From Candidatus Bathyarchaeum sp. (GTDB taxonomy: Archaea; Thermoproteota; Bathyarchaeia; Bathyarchaeales; Bathyarchaeaceae): DNA of 33,755 nucleotides. The notes below the pieces were generated by a model. That model was not told the DNA's origin. It saw only the letters and a program-made list of their open reading frames with translations, and made no database searches. A program made the position numbers and the translations under genes. The first letter of the stretch is position 1, and every line of letters starts with the position of its first letter. Of the stretch, positions 9,541 to 18,579 are shown in pieces. Where the stretch lies: contig JAOZIF010000103.1 of the NCBI GenBank assembly GCA_026014495.1, positions 1 through 33,755 on the forward strand. Reading direction: 5' to 3'.

Positions 9541-9673
9541 GTTCTACTCCAGCATTCTAACTTTAAAACGCATTAAACTTGAAGATTTAGTCTCAATTTA
9601 ATGAAATCTAGCTATAACCATTATGACCTCGGGGTATAGAGCGTTAATCCTGTTAAATCAGATTCAGAACACC

Positions 9674-10354
9674 TTAAACCTGCTCATTAATCTGCAGTAT
9701 TAACTTTGGCAAGTCACTGACTGAAGAGGCAATGTAATGAGCACCAGAACGCATCAACTCGTCCATGGATGAAAGCCCAGTTGTCACTCCAACAGAAATA
9801 ACATTTAGCTTAACAGCAGCAGTTACATCTTTGATGCTGTCTCCAACTAATATTGCTTCATTACTCTTAACATTCAATGTGCTCAATACAGCTTCTACAT
9901 GAACAGGGCTGGGTTTAACTGCAGACACAGACTCGCGAGGGAACACTGCATCAAAAAAGTTTCCAAGATTAAAGCGATTAAGAATGTAACCTGCTGCTTT
10001 TTCGCCACTTATGGTGCATAAAGCGATTTTTAGATTCAAGTCTTTTAAGGCTTGGAGCATTTCAGGTACTCCTTGAAACATTTCTGTTGTTTTGGCACTT
10101 TCTAACTCGAAGCTTTCAACGATAGAGAACACCACTTTTTCAGTCAATACAAATTTTTGGTTTGAGATTCCGTTTGCAGTCAGATACTTTTTCACTTTTA
10201 CTAACATATCAAACGCGGTTTCTTTCATTGAAAACAGTGATCTTGGAATGCCTTGCTCTGTGAGATACTGTATGACTTTTGTTCTGCATGAATTAACGTC
10301 AAGATTGAAAGATACAAGAGTTCCGTCAAGGTCAAAGATAACTGCTTTAATCAT
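9674..10354 (-). CDS. HAD-superfamily hydrolase (phosphoglycolate phosphatase-like)
   Basis: Motif I FDLDGTL, motif III KPSP, motif IV VGDSIKD. Confidence 0.9.
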   Translation of the reverse strand: MIKAVIFDLDGTLVSFNLDVNSCRTKVIQYLTEQGIPRSLFSMKETAFDMLVKVKKYLTANGISNQKFVLTEKVVFSIVESFELESAKTTEMFQGVPEMLQALKDLNLKIALCTISGEKAAGYILNRFNLGNFFDAVFPRESVSAVKPSPVHVEAVLSTLNVKSNEAILVGDSIKDVTAAVKLNVISVGVTTGLSSMDELMRSGAHYIASSVSDLPKLILQINEQV

Positions 10355-10378
10355 TTAATCCGCTCGTTTATGAATAGA

Positions 10379-11443
10379 TTAAATTAGTTGGACAGCCGAA
10401 GCTTTGAATGTCAGATACACTTCAGAGCCGACATTTAGTTTCATTTCACTTAGCGATTTCTTTGTTATTTGAACGCTAAATTTCTTTCCTGCATCAACAG
10501 TCAACTTGGCTATTGAACCTAAATCTGCAATTCCAACAATGGTTCCTTTGAAAACGTTTCTTGCGCTAGATTTTAGAGGGTTATTTGAAACCAAAATATC
10601 TTCAGGTCTCACGTGAACTGTAACTTTTCCGGGGCTGCTAACTGACGCTTCAATTTGCAGATGCTGATTAACATCTATTATAGATGTGCCTTCTTTGGTG
10701 TTTTTGGCTGTTCCTGAAAAAACGTTTTCTAGACGCGCAAAGCTTGTCAAGTACTTGTTTGATTTACCAAAAATATCTTGATTTGTTCCAACCTGTTTTA
10801 CGGTTCCGTCAATAAGTAATGCTATTTTTTCGCTTATGGCTTCGGCTTGAAACATGTTGTGTGTTGCTAACACTATTGTTGTTTTCTTTTCTCTATTTAT
10901 GCGCTGAATTGTTTCTTCAATTATTGAAACATTTTTTGGGTCAAGATTGACCGTTGGTTCATCTAAAAGAAGGAGCTCTCTGTCTAATGCTAATGCACGT
11001 GCAAGAGATACTCTTTGTTGTTCCCCACCAGACAATTTTTTTGCGCGCCGTTTTTCAAACCCTTCAAGACAGACCAGTGTTAGAGATTCGCTAACTTTGT
11101 TGTTGATTTCTTCTTTAGAAAGCTCGTTGTTTAGTTTTAGGCCATAAGCGATGTTATTGTAGACTGTTGTGTCAAAGAAAACAGATTTTTGGAATACTAG
11201 AGTGGCTTTTTCTCTGAGAGTAATTTGGTCGTTTGCTGCAATCTGGGTGTTTCCGTAAAAGAGTGTTCCGCGTGTTGGCGTATCTAGACCTGCAATTATT
11301 CGTAAAATTGTTGTTTTTCCAGACCCGCTTGGTCCCAACAATGTTGTTATTTTTCCATGAGAAATTGTTAGATTAACGTTTTGAAGTGCGTTTACTTCTC
11401 CAAATGATTTCCACAGATTACATAATTCCATTAGTCCAGCCAT
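10379..11443 (-). CDS. tupC: Tungstate ABC transporter ATPase with C-terminal TOBE domain
   Basis: GPSGSGKTT, LSGGEQQR, LLLDEPT, SARNVF TOBE; operon with tupAB. Confidence 0.88.
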   Translation of the reverse strand: MAGLMELCNLWKSFGEVNALQNVNLTISHGKITTLLGPSGSGKTTILRIIAGLDTPTRGTLFYGNTQIAANDQITLREKATLVFQKSVFFDTTVYNNIAYGLKLNNELSKEEINNKVSESLTLVCLEGFEKRRAKKLSGGEQQRVSLARALALDRELLLLDEPTVNLDPKNVSIIEETIQRINREKKTTIVLATHNMFQAEAISEKIALLIDGTVKQVGTNQDIFGKSNKYLTSFARLENVFSGTAKNTKEGTSIIDVNQHLQIEASVSSPGKVTVHVRPEDILVSNNPLKSSARNVFKGTIVGIADLGSIAKLTVDAGKKFSVQITKKSLSEMKLNVGSEVYLTFKASAVQLI

Positions 11444-11448
11444 TTTGT

Positions 11449-12135
11449 TTAACGCTTCCTTAGATAGCTGATTGATATGTTTAGAATGTAAACGATGCTA
11501 ACCAGTATGACGCCTAAAGCGATACTTAATGGGATTTTTCCTCTGCTAGTTTCCAAAGCAATAGTGGTTGTTAACATTCGGGTTTGATTGTAGATATTGC
11601 CTCCTACCATCATTGCGACACCCAACTCGGCAAACGCCCTATTAAAACCTGCAAGAATCGCAAGTATCACACCACCAGAAGCTTCTCGAAGAATAGATAA
11701 TGAAGCTTGAATTTCTGTTGAGCCCAATGTCCTTGCTAAATCTCTAATATCCATGTCAATTGCTTCAATGGCACTGATTATGAAGCTGACAAGTATGGGC
11801 GTTATAAGAATGGCCTGTCCAATACTGATCAATAATGGCGTGTAGAGAAGCCCAAACAGACCTAATGGTCCAGATCGTGAAAACAGCAAATATAGTACCA
11901 GACCAAGTACAACTGTGGGAAAACCAATAAAAGCATTAAAAGAACCACGTATAAATCGTTTGCCCCGGAAATTCTTTAAACCTAATACAGTGGCCATGGG
12001 TATGCTCCAAAGCGAAGCCATAACTACTGCCAATCCAGAAACGTACAGTGATAGACCTGTAATTCTGTAAAGCTCTGGATCAATAGAAAAAATAAGTTGG
12101 AATGCTTTGATTATTCCCTCTACTATGGCTGTCAC
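11449..12135 (-). CDS. tupB: Tungstate ABC transporter permease
   Basis: FIGFPTVVLGL, GQAILITP, ELGVAMMVGGNI..TRMLTT TupB motifs. Confidence 0.9.
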   Translation of the reverse strand: MTAIVEGIIKAFQLIFSIDPELYRITGLSLYVSGLAVVMASLWSIPMATVLGLKNFRGKRFIRGSFNAFIGFPTVVLGLVLYLLFSRSGPLGLFGLLYTPLLISIGQAILITPILVSFIISAIEAIDMDIRDLARTLGSTEIQASLSILREASGGVILAILAGFNRAFAELGVAMMVGGNIYNQTRMLTTTIALETSRGKIPLSIALGVILVSIVYILNISISYLRKR

Positions 12136-12146
12136 TTAATGCCCGC

Positions 12147-13184
12147 TCATTTTAGTAATTGGACAATCATCGCATTTAAGGACGACAGGGCAGTTAAGAA
12201 AGTTAGGTCGCCTGCCTCGTATCTTTTATCCTCTGGACATTCTGTTCCGTCTATGAATGCTGCGTCTTTAATCCAGCTTGCTATTGTGGGGTCTGTGTTT
12301 TCTGCGAGAACCTCAACTGCAGGGTTAAATAGGGCTTGACCAAATTCGTCGACACCAAAATCAGCGAGTATATTTTGAACGTCATCTGACACCAAGAAGT
12401 CTATGAATTTCATTGCTTCATCAAAGTGTACATGTGACAAACTTTCGTTTTGGGGATCACATGCTATTGCACTGTAAACATTTAGTGTTTCTTGTCCTGC
12501 CTCAACCATTATAAGTAATTCAATGTTACCCGAGACATAATTGTTTAGATAACTACCCATATCACATAAAGTGTATGCCAGTTTTTCGTTTGCCATAGCC
12601 AATGTTGCCGTCATGCCCGAGCCGCGTTCTAAGTACCAGTCTGTTTCTCTTAGTTCTGTTGTGTCTTCTCCTCCAGCAGTCCATAGCCTCTTTTCCATTG
12701 CGTGAGTGCCTGAGCTGTCGCCTCTGGACACCCAGATTGCATTACCTGTTTCTCCCGCTTCTTTTATTGTCAGCAAGGCATCTGTTGGACTAAGTCCTTT
12801 TATGTTTGCGGGGTCGTCTTCTGGACCTACGATAACAAAAAAGTTGTATGCAAGGATTTTTCTGTTAACTCCGTAACCTTCTTCAAGAAATGCTGCTTCT
12901 CGAGTAGCGTCGTGGACAAGGATCATGTCTGCGTTTCCATCTTTTGCTGTTTGTATTGCTAATCCTGTTCCTTGTGAAATGAAAGCGACGTCGATATTTG
13001 GGTATAATTCTTCGAATTCTGTCTCGATTACATCAAGTAATCCTGTTTCGTCGAGGCTAGTTGTTGTGGATACGGTTAGACTTACTTTTTCTTGTGGTGC
13101 ATTTAGTGTCCATGCGGCTAAGCCGACTCCAAAGACAACGATTGCGACTAAGATTATTCCGTAATATTTTCTCATACAGTTCAC
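12147..13184 (-). CDS. tupA: Tungstate-binding protein
   Basis: TupA signature STTTSLDETGLL, GTGLAI, D..LVH, SRGDSSGTH; N-terminal TM anchor. Start GTG 13184 or ATG 13175. Confidence 0.92.
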   Translation of the reverse strand: MNCMRKYYGIILVAIVVFGVGLAAWTLNAPQEKVSLTVSTTTSLDETGLLDVIETEFEELYPNIDVAFISQGTGLAIQTAKDGNADMILVHDATREAAFLEEGYGVNRKILAYNFFVIVGPEDDPANIKGLSPTDALLTIKEAGETGNAIWVSRGDSSGTHAMEKRLWTAGGEDTTELRETDWYLERGSGMTATLAMANEKLAYTLCDMGSYLNNYVSGNIELLIMVEAGQETLNVYSAIACDPQNESLSHVHFDEAMKFIDFLVSDDVQNILADFGVDEFGQALFNPAVEVLAENTDPTIASWIKDAAFIDGTECPEDKRYEAGDLTFLTALSSLNAMIVQLLK

Positions 13185-13208
13185 CGATATGCATCATAAA
13201 ACATAGCA
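13185..13208. promoter_or_regulatory. Putative ModE box between the tupA TATA box and start
   Basis: CGATAT-N12-ATAGCA, same 24-bp geometry as the site at 14013; TATA-like TTAAATAA on the minus strand at 13212-13219. Confidence 0.6.
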
Positions 13209-13370
13209 GAATTATTTAACTTTTTAGTTCAATTATGCGTCAAGATGTCACATCATATTGTTATAAAAACAATATTTGGTTTACAAATAAGATCCATTTC
13301 ATCATAATGTAGTTGTGCCAACTATTTTTTTTTAAAAAAAAAGATGGGTGTGGGTTATGTTTTTGATTTT

Positions 13371-13850
13371 CTATGAAACTACAATTATCAGTGTATTGCT
13401 GTCGTAGTCAGCCGGGTCGCCCATATATCCTACATAGATTGTTAAGTAGAACACGTGTGTAGTGGCAGTATTACAGTATAAGGTATATTCTAATAGTCCC
13501 TCTTCCGTATCATCCCGCCAATCGTAATCATAGACTTCCCGTCGATCAAGGTCATACCATAAGTGCTCCATGAAATAAGTGGCAACACAAGTTCCGGACT
13601 GTCCTGAATCAGTCCAATCTCTGAAATAGTATTGGGTTCGTATTGAAACAACATCTCCAACATCAACATATATCGTTTTGGCCCCGGACCAACGTATGTC
13701 AATTCCGACACTTACTCCCCCTACAGGACTATCCCAACAGTATAATTCTCCAACAGTCACCAGGTGTGTATCTGCTTTTACTGGATTAAAAATTCCAAAC
13801 AGCGGTAGAAGCATTGTCATGCTCAGTAGAATTGCTTTGAGTTTATTCAA
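13371..13850 (-). CDS. Secreted protein, unknown function (beta-rich)
   Basis: Probable TTG start at 13850 after AGGGGGA RBS; signal peptide MNKLKAILLSMTMLLPLFGIFNPVKA; Tyr/Asp/Trp-rich mature part. Confidence 0.7.
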   Translation of the reverse strand: MNKLKAILLSMTMLLPLFGIFNPVKADTHLVTVGELYCWDSPVGGVSVGIDIRWSGAKTIYVDVGDVVSIRTQYYFRDWTDSGQSGTCVATYFMEHLWYDLDRREVYDYDWRDDTEEGLLEYTLYCNTATTHVFYLTIYVGYMGDPADYDSNTLIIVVS

Positions 13851-14012
13851 TTCTGTTCCCCCTGTTTGTACAAACACGAATTATTATTTAAATATTTTTC
13901 CAAATTATGCCTAATTGTTATATTATTTTTAAAAAACATTCTTATTATATGCCATAATAAACAATTAATGGAAAGCGGTTGGCACCACGTTGTTGAGATG
14001 TGAAATAATAAA

Positions 14013-14036
14013 CGATATAAATGTACATTCATATCG
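14013..14036. promoter_or_regulatory. ModE-type operator (24-bp near-perfect palindrome)
   Basis: CGATATAAATGTACATTCATATCG matches the CG-N-TATATA-N6-TATATA-N-CG ModE consensus geometry; abuts TATA-like TTTAAAAG (minus strand, 14037-14044). Confidence 0.75.
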
Positions 14037-14157
14037 CTTTTAAATTTTTCGTGCGATGATAGTCAACATCTCAACTGAATTTACGTCTATTTATTCTACT
14101 ATTCTGTTCCCTTACAATATGCAACCATTATTTTATATGTGCAACATGTTATCTAAT

Positions 14158-14733
14158 ATGTTGAAGCCCATGCTCACTGACAATAAACATAAAGTTCTAT
14201 GCAAGGTTTGGCTCGAATACAAAGGAGAGCCCCTGCTTGGAAAAGGTGGCGCAGAAATACTAGAAACAATCAACGACGTAGAATCAATTTCTAAAGCAGC
14301 AAAAAAGGCGAAAATGTCCTACAGGTATGTCTGGAATTATCTGGCAAAAATGGAAAAAAGGTTAGGTGAACCTGTAGTAAAAACATTCAAAGGCGGTAGC
14401 AAAGGAGGCGGCGGAGCAACACTCACGGATTTTGGCAAAAAATTGTTGAATGAATATCGTCGAGCCGAGTGTTACATGAGTGAAGTTATGGGTGACCAGA
14501 CATGTTGGGAGGATATTGGATTGAAAATAAGTGCAAGAAATAGACTAAAAGGAACTGTTCAGAGTGTAGAAAAGGGCATAATAACAGCGAAAGTCAAAAT
14601 CAAAATTGATGCACCTGCTGTAATAACGGCAATCATATCCAAAGAAGCTGTTGAAGAACTGGGTGTAAAGACAGGCGACAGCATTGAAGCCGTAATTAAG
14701 GCTACTGAAGTGATGGTTGCAAAAGACAAATAA
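14158..14733 (+). CDS. modE: ModE-family molybdate/tungstate-responsive regulator (wHTH + single TOBE)
   Basis: SISKAAKKAKMSYRYVWNYL, GGSKGGGGATLT, KISARNRLKG TOBE. Start ATG 14158 or 14170; upstream ORF extension looks non-coding. Confidence 0.9.
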   Translation: MLKPMLTDNKHKVLCKVWLEYKGEPLLGKGGAEILETINDVESISKAAKKAKMSYRYVWNYLAKMEKRLGEPVVKTFKGGSKGGGGATLTDFGKKLLNEYRRAECYMSEVMGDQTCWEDIGLKISARNRLKGTVQSVEKGIITAKVKIKIDAPAVITAIISKEAVEELGVKTGDSIEAVIKATEVMVAKDK

Positions 14734-14775
14734 AACCATCTTTTGTTACTTTTATTCGTTGATTTCTAGCGGAGC

Positions 14776-14796
14776 GGATACAAAAGCATCAACAAA
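14776..14796 (+). repeat. 21-bp dispersed repeat, copy 1
   Basis: GGATACAAAAGCATCAACAAA, identical to copies at 18172 (-) and 19708 (+); followed by CTCCT as in copy 19708. Confidence 0.95.
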
Positions 14797-14895
14797 CTCC
14801 TAAAAACAAGCAAAAACAGGATAGTTACAGCCTCTTTTTTCGGCGGTAATGTTTTTACTTCTGGTCGTCCTTTTTTTGTTTAGAGGCAATGGGAC

Positions 14896-15300
14896 ATGAA
14901 AGTTTTTAGTGAAAAAATTGTTTTTTCGACCAAAGGTGAAATAGAACTCAAAGACTTGACTGGAAAGGTTCATGAAGTTGTACGAACGTCTGGAGTTAAA
15001 AATGGGTTAGTTCATGTTTTCGCGCCACATGCAACCGGGGTACTCATTTTAACTGAACATGAGCCAAGCTTAGATAGTGATGTTAGAGATTTTCTTGAAA
15101 AAATAATTCCCAAGCATGGCGGATACCGTCATCAATCAAATGCTCACTCACATTTAAGATCGATGCTTCTAAGTCCAGACAAAACGTTGCCCATCATGGA
15201 TGGTCAAGCAATATTTGGCACATGGCAGTCTCTTGTCTTTGTGGAGACAGACGTATACCCCAGACAACGAACAATCATCATGCAGGTACTCGGAGAATAA
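14896..15300 (+). CDS. yjbQ: YjbQ/UPF0047 family (secondary thiamine-phosphate synthase)
   Basis: VHVFAPHATG, EHEPSLDSD, NAHSHLRS, FGTWQSLVFVE. Confidence 0.9.
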   Translation: MKVFSEKIVFSTKGEIELKDLTGKVHEVVRTSGVKNGLVHVFAPHATGVLILTEHEPSLDSDVRDFLEKIIPKHGGYRHQSNAHSHLRSMLLSPDKTLPIMDGQAIFGTWQSLVFVETDVYPRQRTIIMQVLGE

Positions 15301-16005
15301 ACGTTCACTAACGAAGCTTATATGCCAGACAAACGGGCGGTAGTCATAACCAAAAGTTAAGGCGTCAAAAAACAAGAAATCAACTGCAAAACTGTATTTT
15401 ATGCCTCTTGCTAATCAAACATTGTCTGTTTTACAATGATTCCAGAATGTTTTAGAAAAAAATATCAAATAACAAAGAATTTGTATGCTTGAAATAAAAC
15501 GAAACATAACGAAAGTCAGCAATATTTACATTTATATGACAATTTTTAAGCATTCAACTATTTATCATGTGCTTTTTTAACGCATCAATTCCAGTTGTTT
15601 TATGTTTTACCTTAATTAGAACATCAAAACTGGATTGTAATCAAACGAAAAACGACGAAAAAAGTCCAGAACAGTAAACCGAAATGTAAGGGTGACAATT
15701 CCACTTTGTTTGTGACTGGATGGCATATGCAAATGCATACTATTCAATCAAAGCAACCAATAACGGTGACGTTCTCTAGATTTTTTTGACACTCAGAACC
15801 CAAAAATGAAGAGAATGTGCCAAAAGTGTCAATTCAAACAAACTCATTTTACAACATACTGTTAAATAATATTGGCTTTCGTCACTCTTCGGCTAATTTA
15901 GAAAAACAAATCGTTTGAAAAAATCAGGTGACGACTAGCCAGTTATGAATTCAATAGAAACATCTTATTGAAGACAGCTTTTTTTCAGGAAAATTCATGC
16001 TGGAA

Positions 16006-16161
16006 TAAACTAATTTGTTTTTGACTGCAATTTATTCACACTTCTGTGCGGCATATTAGGAGACTAATAGAAGTTCATTGTTGAAAACTAGCTTTTTTTC
16101 TGAAATTTTTGCACTGCACAAGTTTGATGTCAAACATTCACACGTATATTATTACATAATA
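16006..16161 (+). repeat. Approx. 150-bp intergenic element, copy alpha (45-bp core at 16064-16108)
   Basis: Core CTAATAGAAGTTCATTGTTGAAAACTAGCTTTTTTTCTGAAATTT is 43/45 identical to the reverse complement of 27136-27180; flanking blocks are also conserved. Confidence 0.85.
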
Positions 16162-16227
16162 GCTCTGGTCCTCAGCACGTAATCTACTATGTATATAAAC
16201 TTCGAATGCAATCGCAAAATTTTTTGG

Positions 16228-17409
16228 CTACCATTTCATGTGTATTTCAACTGTGTCACCGTCTTCAAGATTAAAAGCTCCGCCAACCTTTTGTGGACTA
16301 AAACGTAGCCTTTTTGACCATACTTTAGCATATGAAAACTGGTTATAAAAATCAGTGTGAATTCGCTTAGCCAAATCAAACACTGTGGACCCTTTTTTGA
16401 TTGTAAATGGCCGCATAGAAGCATCTTTCTTATTCGGCTCCTTTGTGTAAACCCGAATAATATCCAGCATACCAAATATTTCAGACCCCAATTTATCTAT
16501 GCCCTCCTTTGTTGTACATGACACAGCAACAACATTCATTTCTTTTCCCACAACCTTTTTCAGCTGCTCCAACCGCTCAGCAGCCAATGGATGATCCATT
16601 TTGTTAGCCAAAATCAGGGCAGGACGATACGCCTTTCCCTCAAAAATTGCCTCTTCAACATCATCAAACGTAGCTTCGCCACGAATCTTAATCGTAGCAT
16701 CACGTATTCCATAGCTTTTCATAAGTTGCGCCAAATCCTTAACAGTACAATCAACCAGCTTCCCTAAAACAATAAACTTCAATTTCGCACCCATATGCTT
16801 CTTCTCAATGTCGATACGAGCCTTGGGCTTTTTTGTAAGAATCTTTGACTTCTCCAGTTCTTTAGAAATAAGCAAAAATTGTTCAACTGGATTCTGAGAC
16901 AAATCCACCATCAAAACTAAACCGTCAGCGTTTCTGGCAGAGGTCAAAGTCTGCAATCCCCATGCACCACCCTCTGAAGAACCCTCCATAAGTGCCGGAG
17001 TTTCAACCATCTGAAGCTGCAGGTCTTGATAATTGAACATCCCTGGTGTTTGCTCGGTCGTGGTGTACGGATAATTCAATACCGCCACTTTTGAGTTAGT
17101 TAAAGTAGACAACAGACTGCTACGCCCAACATTGGTTGGACCCAAAATAACAATTTGTGCATCACCCTCTTTTTCAACAAATACTCTGGGTCCAGTTGCT
17201 ACACCGGTTCGCTTCTGTTTTTTGTCTTCAATTTCCTGTTTTAGCACTGAAATCTTTCGCTTGACTTGAGCCCGAAGATTTTCTGTACCTTTATGCTTAG
17301 GAAAAAGACCCATGAACTCTTGAAGCTTCTTAATTTTTTCCTCAGGGTTCCTAGCCAAAGACGCCTCACGATATTTCTGTTTAGCCTCTGCAGGAAGATT
17401 AGCGGGCAT
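16228..17409 (-). CDS. DRG/OBG-family GTP-binding protein with TGS domain (degenerate G1/G3)
   Basis: Start MPANLP at 17409; GPTNVGRSS, NYPYTT, ETPA, ANKMD; C-terminal TGS (IRVYTKEP..LEDGDTVEIH). Confidence 0.88.
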   Translation of the reverse strand: MPANLPAEAKQKYREASLARNPEEKIKKLQEFMGLFPKHKGTENLRAQVKRKISVLKQEIEDKKQKRTGVATGPRVFVEKEGDAQIVILGPTNVGRSSLLSTLTNSKVAVLNYPYTTTEQTPGMFNYQDLQLQMVETPALMEGSSEGGAWGLQTLTSARNADGLVLMVDLSQNPVEQFLLISKELEKSKILTKKPKARIDIEKKHMGAKLKFIVLGKLVDCTVKDLAQLMKSYGIRDATIKIRGEATFDDVEEAIFEGKAYRPALILANKMDHPLAAERLEQLKKVVGKEMNVVAVSCTTKEGIDKLGSEIFGMLDIIRVYTKEPNKKDASMRPFTIKKGSTVFDLAKRIHTDFYNQFSYAKVWSKRLRFSPQKVGGAFNLEDGDTVEIHMKW

Positions 17410-17585
17410 AGAGCAGTCATCTAGATAGTAACTCACAGTGGAAAGAGATATTATCTTTTCGAAAAATCGATGACTAAACAGTCTTTTAACAGGATATAGC
17501 CAACGAAAATCAGTTAATTAAAATTGAACCAAACACATCATGATTATGGTAATTAATGATTCTCACGACAAGGGGAACACAAAGC

Positions 17586-18155
17586 ATGAAGAAATCACAC
17601 GTTTTTGACCCCAGACACATTGAGGCACTAGAATCAAAAGAAAGAACAGCTTGGCAAAATCCAGAAGAAATAATTCCAATTCTAAACCTTAAACCTTCAT
17701 ATATCGCAGCTGATTTGGGGTGCGGAACAGGCTACTTTACGATTCCACTTTCTCGCAAAGTCAAGAAGGTCTACGGTATCGATGTTCAAAATGAAATGCT
17801 AGCTTTTCTTGACCAAAAAATTCAAAAACAAAAAATAAGAAACATCGAAACTATACTCGCAAAAGAAAACAAGATTCCACTCCCAGACGAAAGCATAAAC
17901 TTTCTGCTGACAGTAAACACACTCCACGAATTCCATGACCGAGACGCGATACTCAAAGAAATAATACGAGTAATAACAACACAAGGACAAGTAGCCGTAA
18001 TCGATTTCAAAAAGGAAAACATGAGTTTTGGTCCTCCTAACTCAATCAGGGTTTCTAAAGAGAAATCAATTAGACTCTTCGAGAAACAGGGCTTGACCGT
18101 TTTAGACTCACATACCCTCAGGTACCATTATCTTATAGTTTTTGGGAAAAAGTAG
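17586..18155 (+). CDS. Class I SAM-dependent methyltransferase
   Basis: ADLGCGTGYF motif I, VYGIDVQ, NTLHEF; likely ATG at 17586. Confidence 0.88.
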   Translation: MKKSHVFDPRHIEALESKERTAWQNPEEIIPILNLKPSYIAADLGCGTGYFTIPLSRKVKKVYGIDVQNEMLAFLDQKIQKQKIRNIETILAKENKIPLPDESINFLLTVNTLHEFHDRDAILKEIIRVITTQGQVAVIDFKKENMSFGPPNSIRVSKEKSIRLFEKQGLTVLDSHTLRYHYLIVFGKK

Positions 18156-18171
18156 TGTTCTATGAAAGAAA

Positions 18172-18194
18172 TTTGTTGATGCTTTTGTATCCAC
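18172..18194 (-). repeat. 21-bp dispersed repeat, inverted copy (23-bp match to copy at 19706-19728)
   Basis: TTTGTTGATGCTTTTGTATCCAC is the exact reverse complement of 19706-19728. Confidence 0.95.
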
Positions 18195-18416
18195 CATGAT
18201 TGAGAAAAACTTGCATTCGTCTTTCATACGCAAAATTGATGTCATTGCTTACGTTTTCACCAATGTAATTTTTTTGTTTCTCATGAGATTTGCGCCAAAA
18301 ATAACCTGCTTTTGAGCTTTGATTTTGAGAGTAAGCCTTTGTATGCTGCCGCAAGTAGGCAAAACTAGCCACTTCTACCACGTATACCCAACGAATTTAG
18401 ACAATTTAGTGATGAT

Positions 18417-18453
18417 GGTGCACTATAAAATACATATTATTTTATACATCACC
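18417..18453. other. 37-bp imperfect palindrome upstream of the recombinase
   Basis: GGTG-cac-TATAAAATA-catat-TATTTTATA-cat-CACC. Confidence 0.6.
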
Positions 18454-18511
18454 AAGCATTGAATATCCCTCAAGACGGTGTTTTAGGACACATCACCCAA
18501 AAATTATTTCA

Positions 18512-18533
18512 TAACAGTTCTCATCAACTGTCA
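18512..18533. promoter_or_regulatory. 8-6-8 inverted site A, candidate recombinase binding site, abutting its TATA box
   Basis: TAACAGTT-CTCATC-AACTGTCA; TATA-like TTAAATA at 18537-18543. Confidence 0.5.
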
Positions 18534-18579
18534 ATATTAAATAGAACCAACAACCATAAACAATTGAGCGCACCTAAAA

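Noticed and set aside
13992-14075. 10-bp inverted repeat GTTGAGATGT/ACATCTCAAC around the ModE box
   Set aside because: Not concentric with the box, not repeated elsewhere; function unsupported.
14056-14157. N-terminal extension of modE in the ORF track
   Set aside because: Promoter-like AT-rich sequence with no ModE similarity; later ATG preferred.
15964-16161. CRISPR array (repeat-like ...ATTGTTGAAAAC with hairpin)
   Set aside because: Only one good and one degenerate unit per locus, spacing about 100-115 nt is too long, and there are no cas genes.
18160-18381. 73-aa ORF spanning the inverted 21-mer (and similar short ORFs at 15169, 19444, 24520, 24724, 26866)
   Set aside because: No motifs or RBS, atypical composition; likely chance ORFs.
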